Program-made: the position numbers and the translations under genes | Assembly: GCA_012032775.1 (NCBI GenBank) | Contig: JAAUQO010000002.1 | Location: 4,659-68,658, forward strand | Origin: Oscillochloris sp. | GTDB lineage: Bacteria; Chloroflexota; Chloroflexia; Chloroflexales; Chloroflexaceae | DNA: 64,000 nucleotides | Reading direction: 5' to 3' | Shown here: positions 21,215 through 30,768 of the stretch, one piece after another | How positions within the stretch are numbered: position 1 is the first letter of the stretch | Layout of the letters: the number at the start of each line of letters is the position of its first letter | The notes under the pieces: generated by a model | Seen by the model: the letters and a program-made list of their open reading frames with translations, nothing else | Database searches by the model: none | What the model was told of the DNA's origin: nothing

Positions 21215-23118
21215 TTAGCTCCCGGTGCCGCGCACAAAGATATTCGGCCAGGCTTTGAAGCGAGTGAAGAATGTGTCGCGGCGTACCTCGACCCCATCCT
21301 CAATAATCACCCGATCGATCGTAATATCGCGCCCGCTCCGGGCAACATCGGTCTGGCGGACGGTGCCGCGCGGCAGTGCTGAATCCTCAACATAAACCGG
21401 TTCGGCGGGTGCGCGCACCTCGTTGCTGATCACCGGCCCTTCCATGCGTACCTCGCGGTTGGGCTTGGTGCCATAAAGTCGCACGGCAAGCACCTGATTC
21501 ACCTCATCAACCTCGGTTTGCATCAGCAACCAGTTATCGGTATCGTTGACGAACTTCAGATCGTTGACGCCGGTGTAAATCGCCGCATCGAGACCCTGGC
21601 CGTCGCCGTATGGTCCGAGGCCGAAGCGATCATACCAACTGATATAAAAGGCGTGGGCATGGCGCTCGGTGATCGGCAGACCGGCCCAGAAGGCGGCTCG
21701 GAAAACCGTGGTGCTGTCCTGACAGACACCGCCGCCCCACTCAAGCTGGGTGCGATTGCCGATGATCGCGTAGCCCTCGACAAAGCCGTTTTCGGCATTA
21801 ACCTCGCCGAGTTGGCGGTTAAACGAGAACTCTTCGCCGGGCGCGATCAGCACGCCGTCCATCTGAACGGCGCCGGCCTTGATATTGGTGATGCGGTATT
21901 CCGCCGAGCCGGCGAAACTGCTCAACCCTTCGCCGACCAGTTCGACGATCCCGAGGCTATTGAGATTGGCGGCGGTGATCTGCGGCTCGATCACATCGCC
22001 GGGAAGTTCCAGCGTGCGAGTGATCGGCGACGGTGTGAACAAAAGGTCGGCGATTTGTGCGGCGGCCTCTTCCTGACGCATACGCCAGCCGGGCACACCT
22101 TCGGTCACAATCTGCACCTGGCCGGCTGCGAAACGCAAACGCGGCTCGGCGGTGCCGGTATCGGCCTGCTGGGCCAGGCCTTCGACGGCGCGGACGAGCA
22201 ATTCTTGATCGACTTGCACTTCGAGCATCTCATCGACAGGTGTGATCCGCAGCAATTCAGCCAACCGGTCGGGCGTGAAGACCCAGCGATTTTCGGCGTG
22301 GATCAACTCAATCGGCGATTGCAGCAATTCAGCGGCGCGGCTCTGGGCCACGACCAATGCCGTATCATGATCAATGGATCGAGTTGGCGGGTACGGAGCG
22401 ATACTTCTTGAGAGTTGAGATTCTGCATTGCCAGCAGAATATCGTTGGCGGTGGCATCGACCAGCAGTTGCGTGCCGGGAGTACTGGGCGTACCGACGAT
22501 GCGGGCGGCGGCGATGCTGAGTGCGGCATCCTGCGGCGCTTGCTCGATCACCGGCGAGAGACTGAGCAGGTAATTCTGCATCGTGGGTAGATCGATCACC
22601 ACGCGCGGCGAGATCTCAAGCCCCTGTTGATACAACTGCCAGAGTTCACGGAGCCGGGTGATCGGATCGCCGCGCCGCCCGGCGGAGACGGCGGCAGCGG
22701 CGGCGCCGGTGATATCGAACTGCGCACCGAGATCGCTCAGGGTCGGCTGCCATGTTTGCGAGCGATACACCAGTGTCAGTGGTTGGCGCACAAAGTCATC
22801 GTGGCGGGCGGCGATCTCGGCGGCGATCTCGGCGCTGCTGCGACCGGCCATCGGCATGCCCTGCACGCTCACGCCGGGTAGTGCCTGGTCGGGATAGAAT
22901 AGATTCAGTGCGTAGGGTAGCGCAAAAGGTGCCGCTACCAGCAGGAGCAGCAATGGTACGAGTGCCGGCCACAGCGAGCGGCGGCGGGTGGATCGACGGC
23001 GGCGCGGTGGGCGTTTCGGCGGTGGTCGGCGCGGCGGCGGATCATCATCGGGCGGCTCGCCATGGCCATGGCGACGACGGATCGGGCCGTATTCCTGGAA
23101 GTAGCGATCGGATGACAT
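21215..23118 (-). CDS. VanW-family protein, membrane anchored (apparent 1-nt frameshift ~22369)
   Basis: ORFs 22303..23118 and 21215..22357 rejoin as ...RTRQLDPLI-HDTALVVAQSRAAELLQ... if one base is restored. Basic Pro-rich N-terminus plus a TM segment. VanW core FSFNRQLGEVNAENGFVEGYAIIGN...GGGVCQDSTTVFRAAFWAGLPITERHAH. Confidence 0.82.
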
Positions 23119-23224
23119 ACGCTATGTGTTCGCCCGGCGCGCTGCACCGGCTCTGTAAGAATTCAGGTGTACAAACGGGCCTTGTATGCTTCTCATTGTA
23201 CAAAATCCACCGCGCGATGCAAGT

Positions 23225-23253
23225 TTGACATTCATTACGCTTTTCGCTATACT
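23225..23253 (+). promoter_or_regulatory. Consensus-like promoter TTGACA-17-TATACT for tRNA-Lys
   Basis: TTGACA at 23225-23230, 17-nt spacer, TATACT at 23248-23253, ~13 nt before the tRNA 5' end. Confidence 0.65.
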
Positions 23254-23266
23254 AGATAACCGTTGC

Positions 23267-23341
<75 letters not shown>

Positions 23342-23346
23342 GATAC

Positions 23347-23380
23347 ACGGCGACAGCTACCAGGCTGTTGCCGTTTTTGT
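23347..23380 (+). terminator. Rho-independent terminator after tRNA-Lys
   Basis: ACGGCGACAGC-TACCAG-GCUGUUGCCGU followed by UUUUGUAUUU. Confidence 0.7.
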
Positions 23381-23526
23381 ATTTCCGGCGGCGTCCATAC
23401 GCTGTTCCGCAGGATCTGCCGAAGTTCGGGAATAGCTGCTGTTAATCGTACATTTGTGTTTATCTGTAGTCCTGTGCAATAATTACGCAGCAGCGCAGAG
23501 GTTCATTGGTGTAAGGGACAGCAGCT

Positions 23527-25742
23527 ATGCGGCTCGATGATTTTTTCCACCTGCCAGCGGTTACCGACGCCTTTGCGCGTCTGATGCAGGATCAGGCCGG
23601 GCTGATTGTGATTGCCGGCCTGGATCTGCTGCCGCTCAAGGGTGAAGCAGAGAGTACCCTGCTGCCGAGTGGGCGTACCACGATCTTTCGCGTCCTGGCG
23701 GAGACGTTGCTCCAGTCCGGCGACGCTCCGGCAGCTTTGGTGGCGGTTGATGGGCATGCTTTTCGCCCACCGCGCGCCCAGCGCCGGCGCTTGACGGTGT
23801 GGCGGGTGCCGCCGCACGAACCCTATGCAGCCTATGTGGCTCAGGCGATCGCCCAGGGTGCGCGCCTGCTGCTGGTTGATCACCTGACAGTTGAAACATC
23901 TACGGCAATCGTTGCTGCGCTGCGGGCCGGGATGCAGGTGATCACCCAGATTACCAGCGCGGCCCGCGGCGTTACCCTGGTGCGTGAGATCGAACAATTG
24001 GGTGTTGCCGATCATCAGCTCCCGGATCGCTTCTGGGTGCTGAATATCCGCCGCCTCGCGCAACTCTGCCCGGCCTGCCGCAAATCCCAGCCGATCACAC
24101 CATTGCAACGCCTTACGCTGACGGCGGTCGGCCGGCCCGGTCTCGACCCCGATGCGAGCTACAGCGTTGCCGCCGGATGTGATCATTGCCAGCGGCTTGG
24201 GCGGGTCGGCAGTGTGGCCTTGTTCGATATCGGCCGGCTGGAACGCTGTGCTAACGGCGCCATGCATTTTGAGGCGGTGCTCGCCCTTGAACAGTATGCG
24301 CGCGAGCTTGCGCTTCAGGGTGTGCTGGCATTTGATGATGTGGTTGATCTTGATGCGGTGATGAATCGCCAGTTGACGCAGCAATTTGCCCTTCACCAGC
24401 AGACCCTCGCTCAGACGAATCAGGTTCTGGAGCGCCGGTTGGTGGAATTGCAGCATGCCAACGAGGTGCTTGAGCAGCGCACGGCGGCCATGATCTCGTT
24501 TCAAACAATCGGTCAGGCGCTGATCTCATCGACGAATCTGCACGACCTTGCCCAACGGGTTTGTCGGCATGTATGCGAGTTGTGCCACGCCGACCGGGCG
24601 GTGTTTTACATGTTCGATCCGGCCCAGCAGGCGCTGATTCTGGCGGTTAGCGGCTGGGACGCAGCGTATGTTGGCCGGGCAGTAGCCGGGTCGCAATTAT
24701 TGACCCGGAAGCATGAACCGCGGGCATTTAAGGGATGGCCACCGGGGATCCGGCGCAGCATGCCGATGTACTCGGCGGCGAGTTGCGCGCCGGGCTGTGT
24801 GTTCCGCTGATTGCCGAGCATCAGCAGGTGGGGATGGTGCTGATCCACACAATGAGTCGCCGGCGATTCGCGCCGGGCGAGATCGCACTCCTACAGACGT
24901 TTGCCCATCAGGCGGCGCTGCTGATTCAGCGTACACGGTTGTTGGATGATTTGCGAACGCATATTGTGCGTTTGCAGGAAGCACAAGCAGCACTGGTGGA
25001 GCAAGAGCGGATCGCCCGTGAAATGGAGCTTGCCGCCGAGGTGCAGCGCAGCATTCTGCCGCAGGTGTACCCCGCGATGCCGGGCCTTGGTTTTGCCGCC
25101 CTGAATCGGCCCGCCCGCATGGTCGGCGGTGATTTTTACGATATCTTCGCCCTTGATGCGACCAACGTCGGCGTCGTGATCGCCGATGTTTCGGGCAAAG
25201 GGATTGCGGCGGCACTCTATATGGCGTTGACGCGGAGTCTGGTGTTCGCCGAAGCGCAGCGCGAACGCTCGCCGCGCGAGGTGTTGCTTAACGTGAATCG
25301 TTTGTTGCGGGCGGTCGGCGATCCACAGATGTTTGTGACGGTATTTTATGGCGTGATTAATACCGAAAGCCGGGAATTGATCTATGCCAGGGCCGGCCAT
25401 GATTACCCGCTGCATATGCATGGCGAGCGGCTCGAATTGCTCGCCGGGCGCGGGCTTGTGTTGGGAATCCTTGATGTGGAGGCGGAACAACTGAGCGAAG
25501 AGCGGATCATCCTTGGCGCCGGCGACCGCCTTATCCTCTATACCGACGGTTTGACCGACGTGCTCGATCCGCATAACCGGCGGCTGGAACTGCCCGGCTT
25601 GATCGCCATCCTTCAGGAACAGCGCCATGCATCGCCCGCACAGATCTGTGCCGCCACATTTGCTGCGCTCCAGGCATATCAGGGCGCTGCCGAGCAATTC
25701 GACGACATGACCCTGGTGGTGGTCGGCGTCGGGGGTGCCTAA
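23527..25742 (+). CDS. Fusion protein: degenerate GspE/PilB-type ATPase domain + coiled coil + GAF + PP2C/SpoIIE phosphatase (apparent 1-nt frameshift at GGG run 24732-24734)
   Basis: ORFs 23527..24810 and 24735..25742 rejoin as ...EPRAFKG-MATGDPAQHADVLGGELRAGLCVPLI. The N-terminal domain aligns by eye to the secretion-ATPase C-terminal domain, including the tetracysteine LCPACRK...GCDHCQRLGRVG, but has altered Walker A (PSGRTT), Walker B and His box. GAF (SFQTIGQALISS...). PP2C (MVGGDFYDIF...VIADVSGKGIAAALYM...LILYTDGLTD...QFDDMTLVVV). Confidence 0.75.
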
Positions 25743-25762
25743 CCCGGTTTCTAGGCTGCGGG

Positions 25763-26261
25763 TTGTGGCGCAGAATTGGTCGCCCGACGGACAAACGATC
25801 TTTCGGCGACTGCTACAACGGCACCCAGGAATTTGTTTGCCTTCACTGTGGGCTTTGTCGCCGAACTGGCCGGAGTCCAGAATCGCAACCACTGCCCCTA
25901 CTGCCTCTGGTCGCGCCATCTGGATTGGCGCAGCGCCGGGGATCGCCTATCGAATTGCCGGGCCGGGATGCGCCCGGTTGGCTTGACGACGAAGCGTAGC
26001 CGGAATAAGTACGCGCGTGAGCGCGACGGCGAATTGATGCTTGTGCATTGCTGTACGGGTTGCGGCGAACTGGTGCTGAACCGGATCGCCGCCGATGATT
26101 GGCCTGAGCCGATCCTAGGGCTTTGTGAGCAAGGGATTGACGATAATGCCGCACTTGCGACTGCCATGGCAGCGGCCGGGATCGCGCTTCTGAATGCACA
26201 GGATCGGGCATTGGTGCGGCGCCGGTTATTTGGCGCCGGAGAACCGTTGGGCGGCGACTAA
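25763..26261 (+). CDS. RNHCP-domain zinc-ribbon protein (apparent 1-nt insertion in TTT run 25854-25856)
   Basis: The frame starting 25763 gives ...QEFVCLHCGL. The frame of ORF 25776..26261 continues VAELAGVQNRNHCPYCLWSRHLD...GDRLSNCRAGMRPVG...VHCCTGCGE, which is the RNHCP signature. Confidence 0.65.
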
Positions 26262-26311
26262 ATCCCGGCAATGCTTTTTGGCCGATACGGAAATGCGCGG
26301 GGCTGTTGCTG

Positions 26312-27355
26312 TTACACGCGATAGCAGGCCACGCCATGCTTGTTGGCGAATTCCAGCGGCGGATGTGGTTGTTCGGCACAGACTTCGGCCGCCAGCGGGC
26401 AGCGATCGTAAAATCGGCACCGCGCCGGCGGATCGATCGGTTTGCTGATTCCGCCGCGCAGCACGATCGGTTCGCGCTTTACCCGCGGATCAGGGATTGG
26501 TACGGCGGAAAGGAGCGCTTTCGTGTACGGGTGTTGCGGCTGATGCAGTACCTCCTCGGTCGGCCCGATCTCGACGATCTTGCCCAGATACATCACGGCG
26601 ATGCGATCGGCCATGTAGCGCGCCACGGCCAGATCGTGGGTGATGTAGAGATAGGTAACACCCAATCGTTCGGCCAGGCTCTGCATAAGTTGCATAATCC
26701 CGGTGCGTACGGAAACATCGAGCATCGAGGTTGGTTCATCGGCGACGACGAATAACGGCTGCACCACCAGTGCCCGCGCGATCGCGATGCGCTGTCGCTG
26801 GCCGCCGGAAAGTTCGTGGGGGTAGCGAAACATGTAGCTTGAGGGCGGTGTCAGCCCGACGAGATGCAGTATCTCCGCCACGCGTTCCTGGCGATCAAGC
26901 AGATCGCCGATCCCTTGCACCGCCAGCGGCTCGGCGACTGTGTCGTAGATCGTGCGGCGTGGATTGAGTGACTCGTAGGGATCTTGAAAGATCATCTGCA
27001 CATGGCGCCGGAAACGTTTCAATTCGCGGCCACGCATCAACGCCAGATCACTCACGGCGCCGTCGAAATGCATCTGGACGCTGCCGGCACTTGGATCGAG
27101 CAATCGCACCAGCAGTTTGCCGGTGGTGGTTTTGCCGGAACCGGATTCGCCGACCAGGGCCAGGTTGCTGCCGCGCTGGATACTGAAGCTCAGATCATCG
27201 ACGGCATGGATGAAGGAGATCGGTGCGCGGAAGCGCCCGCCGCCGATTGGAAACGTTTTCGTGAGTGCGCTGACGCGCACCAGTTCATTATGGGTCAGGC
27301 CCGCCGGGCTTTGGGTCGGTTCGACCTGCGTTCTCGTCATTTTGTTTCTTTCCAT
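26312..27355 (-). CDS. Opp/Dpp-type ABC transporter ATP-binding protein (OppF/DppF-like)
   Basis: Walker A GESGSGKTT, signature LSGGQRQR, Walker B FVVADEPTSMLD, C-terminal oligopeptide-type extension with Cys motif. Start at ATG 27355 or 27340. Confidence 0.9.
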   Translation of the reverse strand: MERNKMTRTQVEPTQSPAGLTHNELVRVSALTKTFPIGGGRFRAPISFIHAVDDLSFSIQRGSNLALVGESGSGKTTTGKLLVRLLDPSAGSVQMHFDGAVSDLALMRGRELKRFRRHVQMIFQDPYESLNPRRTIYDTVAEPLAVQGIGDLLDRQERVAEILHLVGLTPPSSYMFRYPHELSGGQRQRIAIARALVVQPLFVVADEPTSMLDVSVRTGIMQLMQSLAERLGVTYLYITHDLAVARYMADRIAVMYLGKIVEIGPTEEVLHQPQHPYTKALLSAVPIPDPRVKREPIVLRGGISKPIDPPARCRFYDRCPLAAEVCAEQPHPPLEFANKHGVACYRV

Positions 27356-27369
27356 CCGCGTAAGCCGCG

Positions 27370-28335
27370 CTAATTGAGTGGATGCCAGCAGGCGGCGCGG
27401 TGGCCGTCGCCGTGATCGACCAGGGGCGGAACTTCGTTGCGGCAACGGTTGGTAGCCAGGGCGCAGCGCGGATGAAAGCGGCAACCCGCCGGCGGATGCA
27501 GCAGATTCGGCGCCTCGCCGGCCAGGCTTATCAGCGGGCGTTTCGGGCCGGTGACACTGGGGAATGCGTGCATCAAGGCGTTGGTGTATGGGTGGTGCGG
27601 CGTGTGAAAGATCGCATCGGCACGCGCCAACTCCACAATCCGCCCGGCATACATCACCCCGATCCGGTCGCTCACCTCGGCGATCACCGCGATGTCGTGC
27701 GAGATATAGATCATGCTCATGCCGATCTTCTGCTGCAAGTGCTTCAACTCGCGCAGCAGATTGTCTTGCACAATCACATCAAGGGCGGTGGTCGGCTCAT
27801 CGGCGACAATGATGTCGGGGTTGCAGGCCAGCGCCATGGCAATCACGGCGCGCTGGCGCATCCCGCCGGAGTATTCGTGGGGGTAGCGATCCATCAGGCG
27901 CGGCTCCAACCCCACCAGGGTGAAGAGTTCGGCCACACGATTGCGGGACTGGGCGTAGGTGTCCACGCCCTGATGCGCTTCCAGGGCCTCGATAATCTGC
28001 TCGCCGACGGTATACACCGGGTTGAGCGCATTCATGGCCGCCTGAAAGACCATCGCAATATGGCGCCAGCGGTAGCGTCGCATCTGCGACTCGCTTAGGG
28101 CCACCAGATCGACATCTTTGAAGCGAATCTGCCCGCGCGTGATCTCGCCGTTCTCGGCCAGCAAGCGCAGCAACGCACTTGCCACCGATGTCTTGCCGCA
28201 GCCCGACTCACCGACCAGGCCCAGTGATTCGCCCGCATCCAGGCTGAAACTCACCCCATCGACGGCACTTACATCGCCGGCGCGGGTGCGATAGGTGAGG
28301 GTGAGATTCTCGACTTGTAGTATTGGTTCCGGCAT
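27370..28335 (-). CDS. Opp/Dpp-type ABC transporter ATP-binding protein (OppD/DppD-like)
   Basis: Walker A GESGCGKTS, signature YSGGMRQR, Walker B IIVADEPTTALD. Start at ATG 28335 (MPEPILQVENL). The ORF-track extension to 28491 reads through the repeat element. Confidence 0.9.
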   Translation of the reverse strand: MPEPILQVENLTLTYRTRAGDVSAVDGVSFSLDAGESLGLVGESGCGKTSVASALLRLLAENGEITRGQIRFKDVDLVALSESQMRRYRWRHIAMVFQAAMNALNPVYTVGEQIIEALEAHQGVDTYAQSRNRVAELFTLVGLEPRLMDRYPHEYSGGMRQRAVIAMALACNPDIIVADEPTTALDVIVQDNLLRELKHLQQKIGMSMIYISHDIAVIAEVSDRIGVMYAGRIVELARADAIFHTPHHPYTNALMHAFPSVTGPKRPLISLAGEAPNLLHPPAGCRFHPRCALATNRCRNEVPPLVDHGDGHRAACWHPLN

Positions 28336-28387
28336 AAAGCGGTATTCCTTATCGACTGTCCGAACCGCAGCATCCAGCAAGATCGAA

Positions 28388-28495
28388 TATAGCAATCCTT
28401 CCAGGACCGAGAACCGAGAACCGAGAACCGAGAACCAGGAACCGCTGGAGCAAGGCGCAGAACCGACTGCACAACCCGAATAGGATCGCAATAGC
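28388..28495 (-). repeat. Copy A of a ~100-bp TIR-bounded element with (GGTTCTC)n heptamer array
   Basis: Ends TATAGCAATCC... / ...GGATCGCAATAG. Contains GAACCGA x4. Homologous along its length to 36245..36342 and 55479..55576. Lies between the permease and ATPase genes of the ABC operon. Confidence 0.85.
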
Positions 28496-28513
28496 AGCGA
28501 ATGCCTTCTGCCT

Positions 28514-29485
28514 TCACCGACTGCGCAAGCGTGGATTCACAACTTCATCGAGCGCGCGGCCAACCAGGTAAAATGCGGCGCACAGCAATGTAATCGCGAG
28601 GCCGGCGGGCATGATCAGCCACCATGTCTCGAAATTCAGCAGGTAGCCGCTGGTCTGTGCGGTGAAGATCATCAGGCCCCAGGACATGCGCGCGTCGAGC
28701 AGGCCCAGGTACGAAAGCACCGCTTCGGAGGCGATTGCATCGGTAACGGTGAACATCATGTAGAGGAAACTCAGCGGCAGCAGGTTCGGCACAATATGGT
28801 GCAACATAATGTGAACATGCCCGCCGCCGGCCACCCGCGCCGCTTCGACATAGGTGCGAACCTTGACGGTCAGGGCCTGTGATTTGAGGATGATCGTGGT
28901 GGCGCCGAAACCCGCCAGGATGCCGATCATCAGTGCCAGGCCACCCAGATCGAGTTTGATAAAGCCGCCGATCACAATCAGGAGTACGGTGAACGGCAGC
29001 GTGATCATCAGATCGGCCAGGCGCATGAAAAAGGCGTCGATCAAACCGCCGAAGTAGGCCGCAATTGCGCCGACCGACGTACCGATCACTACGGTCACCA
29101 GGGCTGCGATCATGCCGAGCACAAATTCCGCCCGCGTCGAGTACATCAACTGGCTGAGCACATCGCGTCCGTATGGGTCGGTGCCGAGCCAATGGCGGGC
29201 CTGCGGCGGCGCCGGGTGACTGATAATCAATGGATCATAGCCGTTCACCGGGTCGTAGATCGCCGGCGGCCAGATGGTGTTGATCAAGATCGGGTGGATG
29301 AGCGCCATCACGGCGAAGCTGAGAATGATCGCCAGGCCCACCAGTCCGATCCGGTTTTCGGCGAAGATCGCCCAACCGGCCCGCACACCGCGCCACCAGA
29401 GCAGCAGGCGCACCTGCCAGAGCGGTCGCCGACGCAGGGCTTCGATCTCCTGGCTGGCCAGGCTTGTCAGTGGCTTACTACTCAT
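28514..29485 (-). CDS. ABC transporter permease (OppC/DppC-like)
   Basis: 323 aa, about 6 TM helices, BPD-transporter core (...DLMITLPFTVLLIVIGGF...). Confidence 0.9.
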   Translation of the reverse strand: MSSKPLTSLASQEIEALRRRPLWQVRLLLWWRGVRAGWAIFAENRIGLVGLAIILSFAVMALIHPILINTIWPPAIYDPVNGYDPLIISHPAPPQARHWLGTDPYGRDVLSQLMYSTRAEFVLGMIAALVTVVIGTSVGAIAAYFGGLIDAFFMRLADLMITLPFTVLLIVIGGFIKLDLGGLALMIGILAGFGATTIILKSQALTVKVRTYVEAARVAGGGHVHIMLHHIVPNLLPLSFLYMMFTVTDAIASEAVLSYLGLLDARMSWGLMIFTAQTSGYLLNFETWWLIMPAGLAITLLCAAFYLVGRALDEVVNPRLRSR

Positions 29486-29495
29486 AGTATTCCTC

Positions 29496-29536
29496 GTTTG
29501 GCGGTGTTAGCGGTGAATCCGGCAACACCGCCAAAC
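29496..29536 (-). promoter_or_regulatory. Intercistronic 13-bp stem-loop between the two permease genes
   Basis: GTTTGGCGGTGTT (29496-29508) pairs with AACACCGCCAAAC (29524-29536). Confidence 0.5.
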
Positions 29537-29565
29537 AACGACAGGACTTACGCAGGTGGTCGTGA

Positions 29566-30717
29566 TCACGCATATCTGATGCGTGGATCGAGGTAGACAT
29601 ACAGAATGTCGGCCGCCAGGTGGGCCAGAAGTGACAGCAGGCCGATAAACACGATTCCGCCCATCGTCATCGGGATGTCTTGCACCTGTACCGCTTGCAG
29701 CAGGGTTAAACCCATGCCCGGATACGAGAAGACCGTTTCGGTGATGACGCCGCCGCCGATCGCGCCGGCCAGGGCAAACACCAACGCTGTGACGACCGGT
29801 AGCATGGCATTGCGGGCGGCATGCTTGTCGCGGATCACCGCTTCCGGCAGGCCCTTCGCCCGCGCCGCCATGATGTAATCTTCGCGGAGGGTTTCGAGCA
29901 TACTGTTGCGGGTAAGCAGCATAATCCCGGCGAACGAGATCAGGGTTACCGTCAGCACCGGCAATGTGATATGCCAGAGGATGTCGCGGGCGTACGGCCC
30001 GAGTTCGGAACTCCCCCAGACCGCCAGAAGCACGCCGATTGTTGCCGCTGCGCCGCCCCAACGGGTCAGGGTTTTCGTCCGGCCCATCAGGCGCCGGCTG
30101 AGCAACGCGATCATAAGCAGGGCGAGACCGGCGAGGAAGGCGCTTAGCAACATCCAGCCAAAGACGGTGTTGGCGTCGGTGGGTGCGCGGCGCCAGAAGA
30201 CCGGCGTAATAAACTGACCGAGCGGCATCCATTTGAAGCTGTAGGCGAACAGCCAGATCATCATCAGGCCGAACCAGGGCGTAAAGACGGTATACAATGT
30301 CACGCCGCCGATAGTGGCGACATATTCCAGCGCCCGACCGCGCCGCCAGGCCAGCAACTTACCGGCCAGAAAGCCGACGTAGTAGGCCGTGATGGTAGAA
30401 GTCAGGAACAACACCAGGGTGCGCGGCGCTCGCTCGAAGATGACATCGACCACCGGACGCGGGTAGTATTGAAAGGAGACGCCGAGATTGCCGCTGAGCA
30501 AGGCGCCCATGTAGCGCAGGAAGCGCTCGTGGGGCGGCTTATCCAGGCCGTAGATCCGCACCAGCGCCGCTCGCTCCTCGCCGGTGAGCTTGGGATCTTC
30601 CAGAAATTGCTGCCCAAAATCACCCGGCATCGCTTCCAGCAGCAGGTACGACAGACTCAGCAGCAGCAGGAACGTAAACGCCATCTGGGCGATACGACGG
30701 GAGATATATTTCAACAT
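29566..30717 (-). CDS. ABC transporter permease (OppB/DppB-like)
   Basis: 383 aa. MLKYISRRIAQMAFTFLLL start and ...DYIMAARAKGLPEAVIRDKHAARNAMLPVVT... EAA-loop region. Confidence 0.9.
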   Translation of the reverse strand: MLKYISRRIAQMAFTFLLLLSLSYLLLEAMPGDFGQQFLEDPKLTGEERAALVRIYGLDKPPHERFLRYMGALLSGNLGVSFQYYPRPVVDVIFERAPRTLVLFLTSTITAYYVGFLAGKLLAWRRGRALEYVATIGGVTLYTVFTPWFGLMMIWLFAYSFKWMPLGQFITPVFWRRAPTDANTVFGWMLLSAFLAGLALLMIALLSRRLMGRTKTLTRWGGAAATIGVLLAVWGSSELGPYARDILWHITLPVLTVTLISFAGIMLLTRNSMLETLREDYIMAARAKGLPEAVIRDKHAARNAMLPVVTALVFALAGAIGGGVITETVFSYPGMGLTLLQAVQVQDIPMTMGGIVFIGLLSLLAHLAADILYVYLDPRIRYA

Positions 30718-30728
30718 AGGAAGTGTTA

Positions 30729-30767
30729 TTTGTATGGGTTGACGGCGACGCCGTCAACCCATACAAA
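30729..30767 (-). promoter_or_regulatory. Near-perfect 19/19 palindromic hairpin directly after the SBP stop codon
   Basis: TTTGTATGGGTTGACGGCG-A-CGCCGTCAACCCATACAAA. The SBP stop is at 30769-30771. Confidence 0.6.
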
Positions 30768-30768
30768 G

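Noticed and set aside
28395-28440. Tandem GAACCGA repeats considered as a possible CRISPR array
   Set aside because: The period is only 7 nt and there are no spacers. The tract is an internal part of a 100-bp TIR element present in three copies. No cas genes are in the window.
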